This document shows, in pieces, positions 33,935 through 42,568 of a stretch of 64,000 bases of DNA (the stretch's first letter is position 1; each line of letters opens with the position of its first letter). The notes beneath the pieces were generated by a model. It was not told where the DNA came from. It did no database searches and saw nothing but the letters and a program-made list of their open reading frames with translations. Origin of the DNA: Treponemataceae bacterium (lineage in GTDB: Bacteria > Spirochaetota > Spirochaetia > Treponematales > Treponemataceae); the NCBI GenBank assembly GCA_045597345.1, contig JAZLJW010000047.1, positions 26,437-90,436 on the forward strand, given 5' to 3'. A program made the translations under genes and the position numbers.

Positions 33935-34753
33935 ATGAAAAAATTGACTATTCTGGCAGGTATTCTGCTGGCCGTAAGCCTCCTTGCCGGCTGTGCTTCT
34001 ACCCCTATTCCTGAAGCTGACGTGGGATACTACCCAACAGAAGCGGAGTTTTCTGAAGATCAGGTAACCGTAGTTATCAAACTGTCACTTGCCGTACAGA
34101 AATTTGACGGTGAAACCTATGACCTGCTGAACAAATTCGGTGTGATTAAAACCATGCACACCAATGCCGGTGTTCATACCTTTGGTATTCTCTACCAGAA
34201 CGGAAATTCCTACACCATTTTCCCTATCACCATCATCACCAATCTTAAAGCTGGTCACACCTATGATCTGGCCTATACCATTACCGGAAGCAAGATCGAT
34301 TACGATTGTATCGACCGCGAAGACGGATCCAGTGCAAAACTTGATCTGGATGCTCTTGAAGGCAAATCAGACAACGTTATTTCAACATTCATCGGAGCTG
34401 TTCTGAACCCGACTATGGATGATGTAGGACAGACTGTCGTACAGGAAAACGATGACTGGAAACTGACCAGCTATCCGTTCATGAAATTCTCTCTGGAAAA
34501 TAAAGCAACCGGTGAAGTTATTGAAGGATACAGAGGCTTTGTTACTGATTTCTCTTTCTCTAAAGGTGATGTATACCTGGATGTGGCTGAATACGCTTCA
34601 AAAGATGAATTCCTGGATTCAGACTATCAGAAGACTGCCCGCTATCACATGACTGTTACTGCCTGTGATGGTGATACCGTTACCTACACCTTTGTTCGTC
34701 CTGAAGAAAAGAAAGGTCAGACAGTAACCCTGAATATCTCTGTTATTGACTGA
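33935..34753 (+). CDS. hypothetical lipoprotein
   Basis: 'MKKLTILAGILLAVSLLAGCAS' lipobox. ATG at 33935 after AAGGAG. Confidence 0.65.
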   Translation: MKKLTILAGILLAVSLLAGCASTPIPEADVGYYPTEAEFSEDQVTVVIKLSLAVQKFDGETYDLLNKFGVIKTMHTNAGVHTFGILYQNGNSYTIFPITIITNLKAGHTYDLAYTITGSKIDYDCIDREDGSSAKLDLDALEGKSDNVISTFIGAVLNPTMDDVGQTVVQENDDWKLTSYPFMKFSLENKATGEVIEGYRGFVTDFSFSKGDVYLDVAEYASKDEFLDSDYQKTARYHMTVTACDGDTVTYTFVRPEEKKGQTVTLNISVID

Positions 34754-34762
34754 CCTGATTGA

Positions 34763-35608
34763 TTATTTATCCTTGTCAGCAGCTTCTTCCGACAGGGATG
34801 AGTTTTTTTTCTGATAAGCAAATAAGGACAGACCGTCTTTATTTGCTTTTTTTGCTGTTTTGATGTTTATGCTGTCTGGCAGAATTGCTTCGGCTTCTGC
34901 CAGAATTTTTGCAGCATCTGCAGTTTTTCCGTTTTCGAACAGCATCTGGGAATAAAAGTAACAGGCATAGTACTTTTCTGCAGGTGTTTTTGCTGCTGCA
35001 TATGCCCGTTCCAGACAGTTTGTCGCTTTTTTCTTACTTCCGCCGGAAATACCCGGAGCCCAAAAATACCATTGGCCCAGATTTATCAGCCCATAGCAGA
35101 ATTCAGGGTCCTGCTTTACTGCTTCTTCATACATGGGTTTCAAGGCAAGTCCATATTTCATGACATCAGCAACAGTGTAACTCATGTAACAGGATGTAAC
35201 ATCTGCACGGGTGGCCAGAAGCCATTTGTTGCAGGCATTGTTCTTTATATTGGCACCCCAGGATTCAATAACATTCATCTGGTCTTTCAGAAAACCCCGG
35301 ACAAAGTCGTTTTTTTCAGGCATATCCCAATACAGCGCATACCGCTCATTGACATAGAAATTGGTAATGATTACCTGTTCCTGCGGGGAAAGCTGGCTGA
35401 CCAGTGACTCATGATCAGCAATGAATCCATAAAGAATGGATTCTGCTTTTTCCAGATCTTTTGACCGGTCAACAACTGCAAGTTCAAGACGGCAATTCAT
35501 AAATTCATCAATAAGTGATGTACAGGCAGCACTAATTGACGTTGATGCCTGTGCATATAAACCAATGCCTAATATAAGGCCTGTTAAAGAGAAAATAAGT
35601 TTTTTCAT
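34763..35608 (-). CDS. secreted hypothetical protein (helical, TPR-like)
   Basis: Signal-like 'MKKLIFSLTGLILGIGLYAQA'. The C-terminal half is TPR-like ('AAKTPAEKYYACYFYSQMLFENGKTADAAKILAEA'). Confidence 0.55.
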   Translation of the reverse strand: MKKLIFSLTGLILGIGLYAQASTSISAACTSLIDEFMNCRLELAVVDRSKDLEKAESILYGFIADHESLVSQLSPQEQVIITNFYVNERYALYWDMPEKNDFVRGFLKDQMNVIESWGANIKNNACNKWLLATRADVTSCYMSYTVADVMKYGLALKPMYEEAVKQDPEFCYGLINLGQWYFWAPGISGGSKKKATNCLERAYAAAKTPAEKYYACYFYSQMLFENGKTADAAKILAEAEAILPDSINIKTAKKANKDGLSLFAYQKKNSSLSEEAADKDK

Positions 35609-35622
35609 GTGTACCTGATATC

Positions 35623-37440
35623 TTATTCGGTTTTATACGTTAATGGAATTTGATATGTCTTTTCATAAACATCTTTCCATTCTGTATAGTTACACTCCAT
35701 AAGATAATCAAGATTTTCACTTTTGGTAAAAATCTCTTGTGGATAAATCGGCTTGCAGATGTTGATGGTGTACTCCTGCACAGGGAAACCATCGTTACCA
35801 ATGTAGTGGCTGTCCTGCATGGTAATGAAAACGGGCAGAACCGGAACTTTTGCTTTTACTGCAAAACTGAAAGCGCCTTTCTTCATCGGACGGGGTTTGC
35901 GGTAGTTCCACCACATACCCTGTTCAGGATATACCAGGACGTAGTTACCTTCTTTCAGAAGATTATCAGTGGCGGTAAGGAATTCCATCATTACTTTGTG
36001 GTTTGCAGAAAGTGGCAGAGTGTTTACATTGCGCATCAGCATTCCGTAGAATCCAGGGAATCCGGTATAGTTTCCTTCACGGATAACGCGGAAGAATTTA
36101 CCTTTCTTGCCTTTTTTCTTCAGGGCTTCCCATACATATTCAATAGCGAAACTGTCCAGTGCATTAAAGTGATTACAGGTGATGACACAACCACCGTTGA
36201 TTTCATCCAGATATTCGGTACCCGTAATATCGGAAATTATCAGGTTATGCTTACGCTGCATGGAATGTCTGAATTTTCTGGCTCTTTCATGAGCAATAAC
36301 AGCTTTAATTTTTGATGACAGTTTTTTACGTTCAAAGTCAACCTGTCCTGGCTCCAGTGTTGGTGCAGGTGGGTCATTTTCAACGTCTTCATCAAAGCGG
36401 CCTGCCAGTTCATATTCATCAATTTTCTTAAGAACGCGCAGTCTGTCTTCAGCCTGTTTTATCTCAGTTTTTTTAACCAGTGCCTTCACTACTTTCTTGA
36501 ACGAATTCATCAGAGTCTGGCGGTTCAGGTAGTTGTCATCACGATTGATTTCAGTAATGGCAATTTTTTCCAGATGTTCTGCTTCTTTCTTATCTTTCTC
36601 GCGGCGTTCATCAGGATATGAATCGAGAATCTGCTTTATTTCATCATATACTACAGTCTGTTCTGCATATTTCCAGAAGTATTCCTTGTTAGGACAATCA
36701 TGGAAATGCCATGGTTTACTCCACATGATGTAGTGAATGATTTTGAAGTCTTCCGGTTTTACCGGACACACTCCAAACATTTCGCTGTTCCATGCCTGTG
36801 GAAGCCAGAATACTTTATCTTTACAGATGACATTCAGGTAATCTTCGTCCTGAGTAACAACAAAGGTGTATTCATGCAGCATCTTGATGAATTTATCAAG
36901 AACGTGCTGTTCACGGAATTGTTTACAGTTAATGAGCATTACACCAGCATTAAAGTAATTGTACCGGTCGCAACCCAGAACCTTTTCTACATAGGTACCA
37001 AATACATCACTCTGGATCATTGCCTGTTCATTACAGGCTCCTACATAATTATCTCCGATATCGTAGTTGTACATTTCTGCAACATTACCAAGAATAGCAG
37101 TGTCACTGTCGATATAGATTGCTTTGTCATATTCAGGATACAAATCCGGGATAAACAGACGGTAGTAGGTTGTTTTTGAGTAATAGTCACGTACATGCAG
37201 ACGATAGTTAACCGCTTTTAAAAAGTGCGTTACATCATCAAAGGTGATTCCGATATTTTCGTCAGCCAGTGCGAGGGTGGCTTCCTTCATATCGCGGCTC
37301 ATATCAGTGTAAAGGATATGAATATCGTAGAAATGTTCTGTATCAGCATTTGCTTTTAATGAAGTAATAGCAACAATCGTGAATTTAACAAAGTTATCGT
37401 CACAGGCAAAGAATACGGGGACAATTGGTTTATCAGACAT
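35623..37440 (-). CDS. bifunctional GT8 glycosyltransferase / PlsC-type (LPLAT) acyltransferase fusion
   Basis: N-terminal 'VFFACDDNFVKFTIVAITSL', 'IYIDSDT', 'YFNAGVMLIN' (GT8). C-terminal 'CNHFNALDSF' (HX4D) and 'VYPEQG' (LPLAT). About two-thirds identical by eye to 39168..40985. Confidence 0.7.
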   Translation of the reverse strand: MSDKPIVPVFFACDDNFVKFTIVAITSLKANADTEHFYDIHILYTDMSRDMKEATLALADENIGITFDDVTHFLKAVNYRLHVRDYYSKTTYYRLFIPDLYPEYDKAIYIDSDTAILGNVAEMYNYDIGDNYVGACNEQAMIQSDVFGTYVEKVLGCDRYNYFNAGVMLINCKQFREQHVLDKFIKMLHEYTFVVTQDEDYLNVICKDKVFWLPQAWNSEMFGVCPVKPEDFKIIHYIMWSKPWHFHDCPNKEYFWKYAEQTVVYDEIKQILDSYPDERREKDKKEAEHLEKIAITEINRDDNYLNRQTLMNSFKKVVKALVKKTEIKQAEDRLRVLKKIDEYELAGRFDEDVENDPPAPTLEPGQVDFERKKLSSKIKAVIAHERARKFRHSMQRKHNLIISDITGTEYLDEINGGCVITCNHFNALDSFAIEYVWEALKKKGKKGKFFRVIREGNYTGFPGFYGMLMRNVNTLPLSANHKVMMEFLTATDNLLKEGNYVLVYPEQGMWWNYRKPRPMKKGAFSFAVKAKVPVLPVFITMQDSHYIGNDGFPVQEYTINICKPIYPQEIFTKSENLDYLMECNYTEWKDVYEKTYQIPLTYKTE

Positions 37441-38285
37441 TACAGGACTCCTTGATTATTCTCTCTTTTATATTTCTGAATCAGGTACAGATATTCGTAC
37501 AAAATGTCGTCAAATTCATAGTAGCCAAAAATCTTATGTACTTTTGAAACCTGCCACTGTTTGATGTTGTCAGTATGAGGGTAGGGTAACCAGAAAAGAC
37601 GTTTGGAAAAATGGCGTACAACAGTACTTTTGGGGTGCAGAAATTTCTGGTCATTGAACTTCTGTGCAATCAGCTTTTTCTTTGTGGTACTGCGGATAAT
37701 GGCGCTCTGATCTGCAAACATAAGTTTTTTTGTTTTAATCAATTCGCGGGCTTTACCAAAGAGATTTGTTTCCTTGCAGCGCTTGATATTAAACAAAAGT
37801 ACACCGGCATTGATGTAGTGCGGGTTAATAAGGTATTTGCCATAGTGGTCATTAGCTCCGGCATATTCAACGTCAGAAACATCAATATTGTAGAGCAGAC
37901 TGATATCCCGGTTGAACATGATGTCGGCGTCAAGGTACAGCACTTTTTCAGGAATGTCGTCAACTTCATCAATGAAAAGGCGCAGCAGTGTGTAGGGTGA
38001 GCAGTAGCACTGTTCGTTAGGACTGCCACGGAATTCTTTTTCGTACAGTGGCTTTACATCAACCAATCGAACGGTATTTTCCGGATTGTATTCTTTTATT
38101 ACCGATTCAAAAAAACGAACCTGAGAGTCAGATATTGCTTTGTAATCTTCACGGATATCACTGACATCCATAGTAAACAGAATAAAGTGAAATGGTTCCT
38201 TTGTTTGTGTCCGTTTGAAAATAGAAAGAGAACAAGTCAACATCCCATCAAAGACTTTATCATTCCCACAGAATAAAATATTCAC
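37440..38285 (-). CDS. GT8-family glycosyltransferase (stand-alone)
   Basis: 'ILFCGNDKVFDGMLTCSLSI', 'LYLDADIMF', 'YINAGVLLFN'. 1-nt overlaps with both neighbouring genes. Confidence 0.7.
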   Translation of the reverse strand: MNILFCGNDKVFDGMLTCSLSIFKRTQTKEPFHFILFTMDVSDIREDYKAISDSQVRFFESVIKEYNPENTVRLVDVKPLYEKEFRGSPNEQCYCSPYTLLRLFIDEVDDIPEKVLYLDADIMFNRDISLLYNIDVSDVEYAGANDHYGKYLINPHYINAGVLLFNIKRCKETNLFGKARELIKTKKLMFADQSAIIRSTTKKKLIAQKFNDQKFLHPKSTVVRHFSKRLFWLPYPHTDNIKQWQVSKVHKIFGYYEFDDILYEYLYLIQKYKRENNQGVL

Positions 38286-39082
38286 TATTCATTACCTCCG
38301 TCGGTGTCTTTCTTTACATATTTGATTAACTCGACGTTGTTATTTTTTGCACGTTCGCACATGGCATTATAACACTTATTGCGTAAATCCTCACGCTGTT
38401 CTTTCTGCCCCAGATTCTTGTCCGGATAGAATGGTCCATCTATATACGTAACAATCCGCGGTGTTTTCCGGAATCTGCGTTTCTGGTAGGTGTTGGTAAA
38501 GCAGACTACGGGTACGTTGTACTGGCAGGGGTACCGGAAACTGAGGGCGGTAAAAGGACGGATTTTCGTGTAGAACGGCCAGATATGGGCTTCCGGGTAA
38601 ATGGTGATGCATTTTTTCTGGGCTACTCGAATAGCAATACACTGCAGGAAGTTTTTGGTAGCTTCCCGGTCATCTGGGAGTGGTATTGCGCCAAGACTGG
38701 GCATAATCGCTCCTGCAACAGGTATGGAGACATTGTTCGGATGAACGATGACATGGACGCTTCTGGGAAACGTAATCATGGTAGGAATCAAAGGATCACA
38801 CAGATTGTTCGTGTGGTTTCCATACAGAAAAAAGGCAGTAGATTTTGGAATCTGTTTGAAGATTTCTCTGTTTACGATACGATGGCCGTAATGAAGACGG
38901 GTATACAGTCTTGCCAGTGGGGTAGCAACAATACGGTACCAGAAAAACCTGGTAAATACTTTCCATGGAGACCGATGTACATATACCCATGATCCATCAA
39001 TGGTTTTTGCCTTGATGTTATCACCGGCGAACTCATCATTGAGTTCATCGGTGTAGTAAATTGTTTCGGGCAGTTTACTCAT
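38285..39082 (-). CDS. PlsC-type (LPLAT) acyltransferase (stand-alone)
   Basis: 'GNHTNNLCDP' (HX4D) and 'IYPEAH'. Start is either the ATG at 39082 or the TTG at 39091. Confidence 0.65.
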   Translation of the reverse strand: MSKLPETIYYTDELNDEFAGDNIKAKTIDGSWVYVHRSPWKVFTRFFWYRIVATPLARLYTRLHYGHRIVNREIFKQIPKSTAFFLYGNHTNNLCDPLIPTMITFPRSVHVIVHPNNVSIPVAGAIMPSLGAIPLPDDREATKNFLQCIAIRVAQKKCITIYPEAHIWPFYTKIRPFTALSFRYPCQYNVPVVCFTNTYQKRRFRKTPRIVTYIDGPFYPDKNLGQKEQREDLRNKCYNAMCERAKNNNVELIKYVKKDTDGGNE

Positions 39083-39167
39083 ATAGAGCAAAATGGTAGA
39101 CGAAAATGTTCAAAGTGTCAAACTTAAGAGTGTAAAATCGGGCTGTTTGATTCAAACAGCCCATCAT

Positions 39168-40985
39168 CTACTCTGTCAGATAGGATAACGGAATTTTATA
39201 GGCATCCTCATACATCTTTTTCCAGACTTTATAGTTTTCTTCCATAAGGTATTCAACATTTTCATGACGATGAACCCCTTCTTTTGGATATATAAGTTTA
39301 CCAATATTGATGGTGTATGCCTGAATGGGGAATCCATCATCATCGAACCGCTTTGTATCTTCCATTGTGATAAAGACCGGGAGAACAGGAACGTCAGTAC
39401 GTGCTGCCAGAGAGAAAAATCCTTTTTTCATTGGACGTGGCTTCCGGTAGTTCCACCACATACCGTGTTCCGGGTAAACCAGTATATAATTTCCCTGATG
39501 TAACAGGTGTATGCTGGCATGGAGGAATTCGTTCATAACCTGATGATTCTGCGAAATTGGCAGTGTGTTTGCATTTCTGAGTATTGATCCCAGGAAGCCA
39601 CCCATACCGGTAAAGTATTCCTCGCGGATGACACGATAAAAACGACCTTTTTTGCCAAGTTTTTTCATTTCGTCCCAGACATATTCCAGAGCAAAACTGT
39701 CAAGAATGTTAAAATGGTTACAGGTAATAAGACAACCGCCATTCAGCTCCTTAAGGTTCTCAATGCCGTTGATATCCCGAATAATCAAGTCACGTTTTAA
39801 AACCAGATTACGCCGGTATTGACGGGCATTTTTCAGTGCGGTATATGCTTTAAACTGGGCAAGAAGACCTTTTCGTTCAAAATTGACTTCCTGGGGTTTC
39901 AGGACATGTCCTATAGGAAGGTCTTCAATATCCTGGTCAAACCGTCCGTTAATTTCGTATTCATCAATTTTTTTGAGAAGGCGCAGCTTTTCTTCGCTTT
40001 GCTTTACATCCGGGGACAATCTGAATGCCTGGATGTATCGGACAAATGAACGAATCATGGTCTGTCGGTTCAGATAGTTATCCGGACGGTTTGTTTCAGA
40101 AACTGCCAGTTCTGTCAGTTTTTCACCGGCGGCAAGATCTTTTTCTTTCTGCTGTTCAGTATAAGCATCAAGAATGGTATGAATATCAGAAGCAACGGTT
40201 GTCTGATCAGCGTATTTCCAGAATTCGTCACTACCGGGACATTCTTTAAAATGCCAGGGTTTGCTCCACATGTTGTAGTGGAGGATTTTATTGGAACCTG
40301 GTTCACCGGGCTGTTGCGCACACATTTCTGCATTCCAGCGTCCATCAAGCCAGAGAATCTTGTCTTTACACAGGACATTCAGGTAGTCCTGATCCTGGGC
40401 GACGCTGAATACATATTCGTGCAGTTTTTTCAGAAACTGGTCAAGAAACCGTACCTGACGGAAAATCTCACAGTTAATAAGAATGACACCTGCATTGAAG
40501 TAATGGTTTCTGTCAATGCCAAGTACCTTTTCGACATAATCGCAGAAAACCGGGGTTTGAATAACCAGTTTATCCTGGCAGGCAGCCATGTAATATTCGC
40601 CAAGATCATGCAGATACAATTCTGAGATATCTCCGAGAATGGCGATATCACTATCAAGGTACAGAGCCTTTTTATATTCAGGATATAAATCCGGGATAAA
40701 CAGGCGGTAATACGTGGTTTTGGAATAATAATCGCGTACATGCAGACGATAGTTTACTGCCTTCAGAAAGTGGGAAACGTCATCAAAGAAGATGGAAAAG
40801 TCATCATCAGCCAGCGCTAATGCAACGTCTTTCATTTCACGACTCATTTCTGTGTACAGAATATGAATGTTGTAGTGGAAATTACGGCTGGCATTTGCCT
40901 TTAATGACGTAATGGAAACAATAGTAAAGCGGACAAAGTTGTCATCACAAGCGAAAAAAATGGGAATCAGTTCTTTTTCTGCCAT
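39168..40985 (-). CDS. bifunctional GT8 glycosyltransferase / PlsC-type acyltransferase fusion (paralog)
   Basis: Same length (605 aa) and motifs as 35623..37440: 'IFFACDDNFVRFTIVSITSL', 'LYLDSDI', 'CNHFNILDSF', 'VYPEHG'. Confidence 0.7.
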   Translation of the reverse strand: MAEKELIPIFFACDDNFVRFTIVSITSLKANASRNFHYNIHILYTEMSREMKDVALALADDDFSIFFDDVSHFLKAVNYRLHVRDYYSKTTYYRLFIPDLYPEYKKALYLDSDIAILGDISELYLHDLGEYYMAACQDKLVIQTPVFCDYVEKVLGIDRNHYFNAGVILINCEIFRQVRFLDQFLKKLHEYVFSVAQDQDYLNVLCKDKILWLDGRWNAEMCAQQPGEPGSNKILHYNMWSKPWHFKECPGSDEFWKYADQTTVASDIHTILDAYTEQQKEKDLAAGEKLTELAVSETNRPDNYLNRQTMIRSFVRYIQAFRLSPDVKQSEEKLRLLKKIDEYEINGRFDQDIEDLPIGHVLKPQEVNFERKGLLAQFKAYTALKNARQYRRNLVLKRDLIIRDINGIENLKELNGGCLITCNHFNILDSFALEYVWDEMKKLGKKGRFYRVIREEYFTGMGGFLGSILRNANTLPISQNHQVMNEFLHASIHLLHQGNYILVYPEHGMWWNYRKPRPMKKGFFSLAARTDVPVLPVFITMEDTKRFDDDGFPIQAYTINIGKLIYPKEGVHRHENVEYLMEENYKVWKKMYEDAYKIPLSYLTE

Positions 40986-41043
40986 AAATTATACACATCC
41001 TTATTATAAGTTCGCATGAAACAATGGAAGTATATCATGTACA

Positions 41044-41086
41044 CAAAAAAAAGAAGTAATACCAAAAAAAGTATTACTTCTTTTTA
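41044..41086. terminator. bidirectional rho-independent terminator
   Basis: A-run, then AGAAGTAATAC-caaaaaaa-GTATTACTTCT, then T-run. It lies directly downstream of the rubrerythrin stop. Confidence 0.7.
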
Positions 41087-41112
41087 TGAAAATTGTACGG
41101 GATGCCGTGGAT

Positions 41113-41655
41113 TTATCCGAAATAGCGTTTCAGAAGACCTGCAAAGGCTTTTCCGTGGCGGGCTTCATCACGGGCCATTTCGTGAACGGTGTCGTGAATG
41201 GCATCCAGACCGGCGTCTTTGGCACGTTTTGCAAGGTCAGTTTTCCCGGCAGTGGCGCCGTTTTCTGCTTCTACGCGCATCTGCAGGTTTTTCCTGGTGC
41301 TGTCGGTAATGCATTCTCCCAGAAGTTCTGCAAATTTTGCAGCATGTTCTGCTTCTTCCCAGGCAGCTTTTTCATAATACAGACCAATTTCAGGATAACC
41401 TTCGCGGTGAGCAACACGAGCCATGGCCAGGTACATACCTACTTCCGAACATTCGCCGTTAAAGTTGGCGCGCAGGTCAGCAAGAATATCTTCGCTTACA
41501 CCTTTTGCAACCCCTACAACGTGCTCAGAAGCCCAAGACATTTCACCTTCCTGTTTTGTGAACTTTGAAGCCGGTGCTTTACACGTTGGACATGCTGCTG
41601 GTGGTTCATCACCTTCATGAACGTAACCGCATACAGAACAAACATACTTTGCCAT
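41113..41655 (-). CDS. rbr: reverse rubrerythrin (N-terminal rubredoxin-like domain plus C-terminal di-iron ferritin-like domain)
   Basis: '[17 protein letters not shown]', then '[16 protein letters not shown]' and '[13 protein letters not shown]'. The ATG at 41655 has proper SD spacing. Confidence 0.8.
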   Translation of the reverse strand: MAKYVCSVCGYVHEGDEPPAACPTCKAPASKFTKQEGEMSWASEHVVGVAKGVSEDILADLRANFNGECSEVGMYLAMARVAHREGYPEIGLYYEKAAWEEAEHAAKFAELLGECITDSTRKNLQMRVEAENGATAGKTDLAKRAKDAGLDAIHDTVHEMARDEARHGKAFAGLLKRYFG

Positions 41656-41708
41656 ACTCATTCTCCTTTAAAAAAACTTACGGATTAATTTATGATGCCG
41701 CAATATTT

Positions 41709-41863
41709 GAAAAATCTACCGGCGTACTGGAGTCTGAAAAAACGCTAGCTAGCGTCGCTATTGGTGAAGACCGGCAATGAAACTATCGTTTGTCCATGCA
41801 AATGCATGGACGCCGGTCTTCAACAATTTTTTTTCAGCCCCCATTCCGCCTCTCGATTTTTCA
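41709..41863 (+). repeat. Family-D nested-palindrome element, copy 2
   Basis: GAAAAATCTACCGGCGT..CTGAAAAAA..CGTCGCTA..GAAGACCGGC-[loop with GAAACTATCG and inner hairpin GTCCATGCA/TGCATGGAC]-GCCGGTCTTC..TTTTTTCAG..CGATTTTTC. Confidence 0.75.
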
Positions 41864-41938
41864 ACGTTCGTAGTTAGACTAATTAATACGTACGGTTTAA
41901 ATATAAGACTGGAAAAAGGAGGGGGCAAGGAAAAAATG

Positions 41939-41981
41939 GAACTTTAAAAATACTAAAGTAGTTGCAATATTTTTAAAGTTC
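41939..41981. promoter_or_regulatory. 14-bp inverted repeat GAACTTTAAAAATA-N15-TATTTTTAAAGTTC overlapping the promoter of the HTH-cupin gene
   Basis: Read directly. Its first 22 nt (GAACTTTAAAAATACTAAAGTA) recur at 62284-62305. A TAGTAT -10-like box sits at 41985-41990. Confidence 0.55.
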
Positions 41982-41997
41982 TGATAGTATCAAAAAC

Positions 41998-42549
41998 ATG
42001 AACGAAGCAATTAAAGCGGTTGCAGACCGGCTTATTGGTCTGAGAGAGATTATGGATGTTTCGGTTGAAGAAGCTGCAAAAACCTGCGGCCTTACTCCGG
42101 AACAGTATGTTGAATACGAGTCTGGCGAAAAGGATATTCCTGTAAGCGTGCTCCACTCTATGGCAACCGCTTACAATATTGAAATTACCACCCTTATTTC
42201 CGGTGATGAACCTCATATGCGGTCCTACTTCCTTACCAAAAAAGGATGTGGCCTTTCTGTAGACCGGCGTAAGGACTATAAATATCAGGCTCTTGCCCAC
42301 GGATTTCAGGGGCGTAAAGCAGATCCATTCATGGTTACTGTTTGTCCTGAAGATACACAGGAACTTCACCTGAATTCTCATCCCGGTCACGAATTCAACC
42401 TGATGCTTGAAGGATCCATGAAGATTGTAGTAGACGGAAAAGAAATGGTTCTTGAAGAAGGGGATTCCCTTTATTTTGATGCAACCCGTCCCCATGGTAT
42501 GCAGGCACTGAACGGCAAGTGTGCAAAATTCCTTGCCATCATCATGTAA
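41998..42549 (+). CDS. XRE-family HTH plus cupin-domain transcriptional regulator
   Basis: 'LIGLREIMDVSVEEAAKTCGLTPEQYVEYESGEKDIPVSVL' HTH. C-terminal cupin 'HPGHEFNLMLEGSM....GDSLYFDATRPHG'. Confidence 0.8.
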   Translation: MNEAIKAVADRLIGLREIMDVSVEEAAKTCGLTPEQYVEYESGEKDIPVSVLHSMATAYNIEITTLISGDEPHMRSYFLTKKGCGLSVDRRKDYKYQALAHGFQGRKADPFMVTVCPEDTQELHLNSHPGHEFNLMLEGSMKIVVDGKEMVLEEGDSLYFDATRPHGMQALNGKCAKFLAIIM

Positions 42550-42568
42550 ATTAAGGAAATCACTATAA

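Noticed and set aside
41086-41568. 160-aa plus-strand ORF
   Set aside because: It is antisense to the rubrerythrin gene, whose rubredoxin and di-iron motifs are unambiguous.
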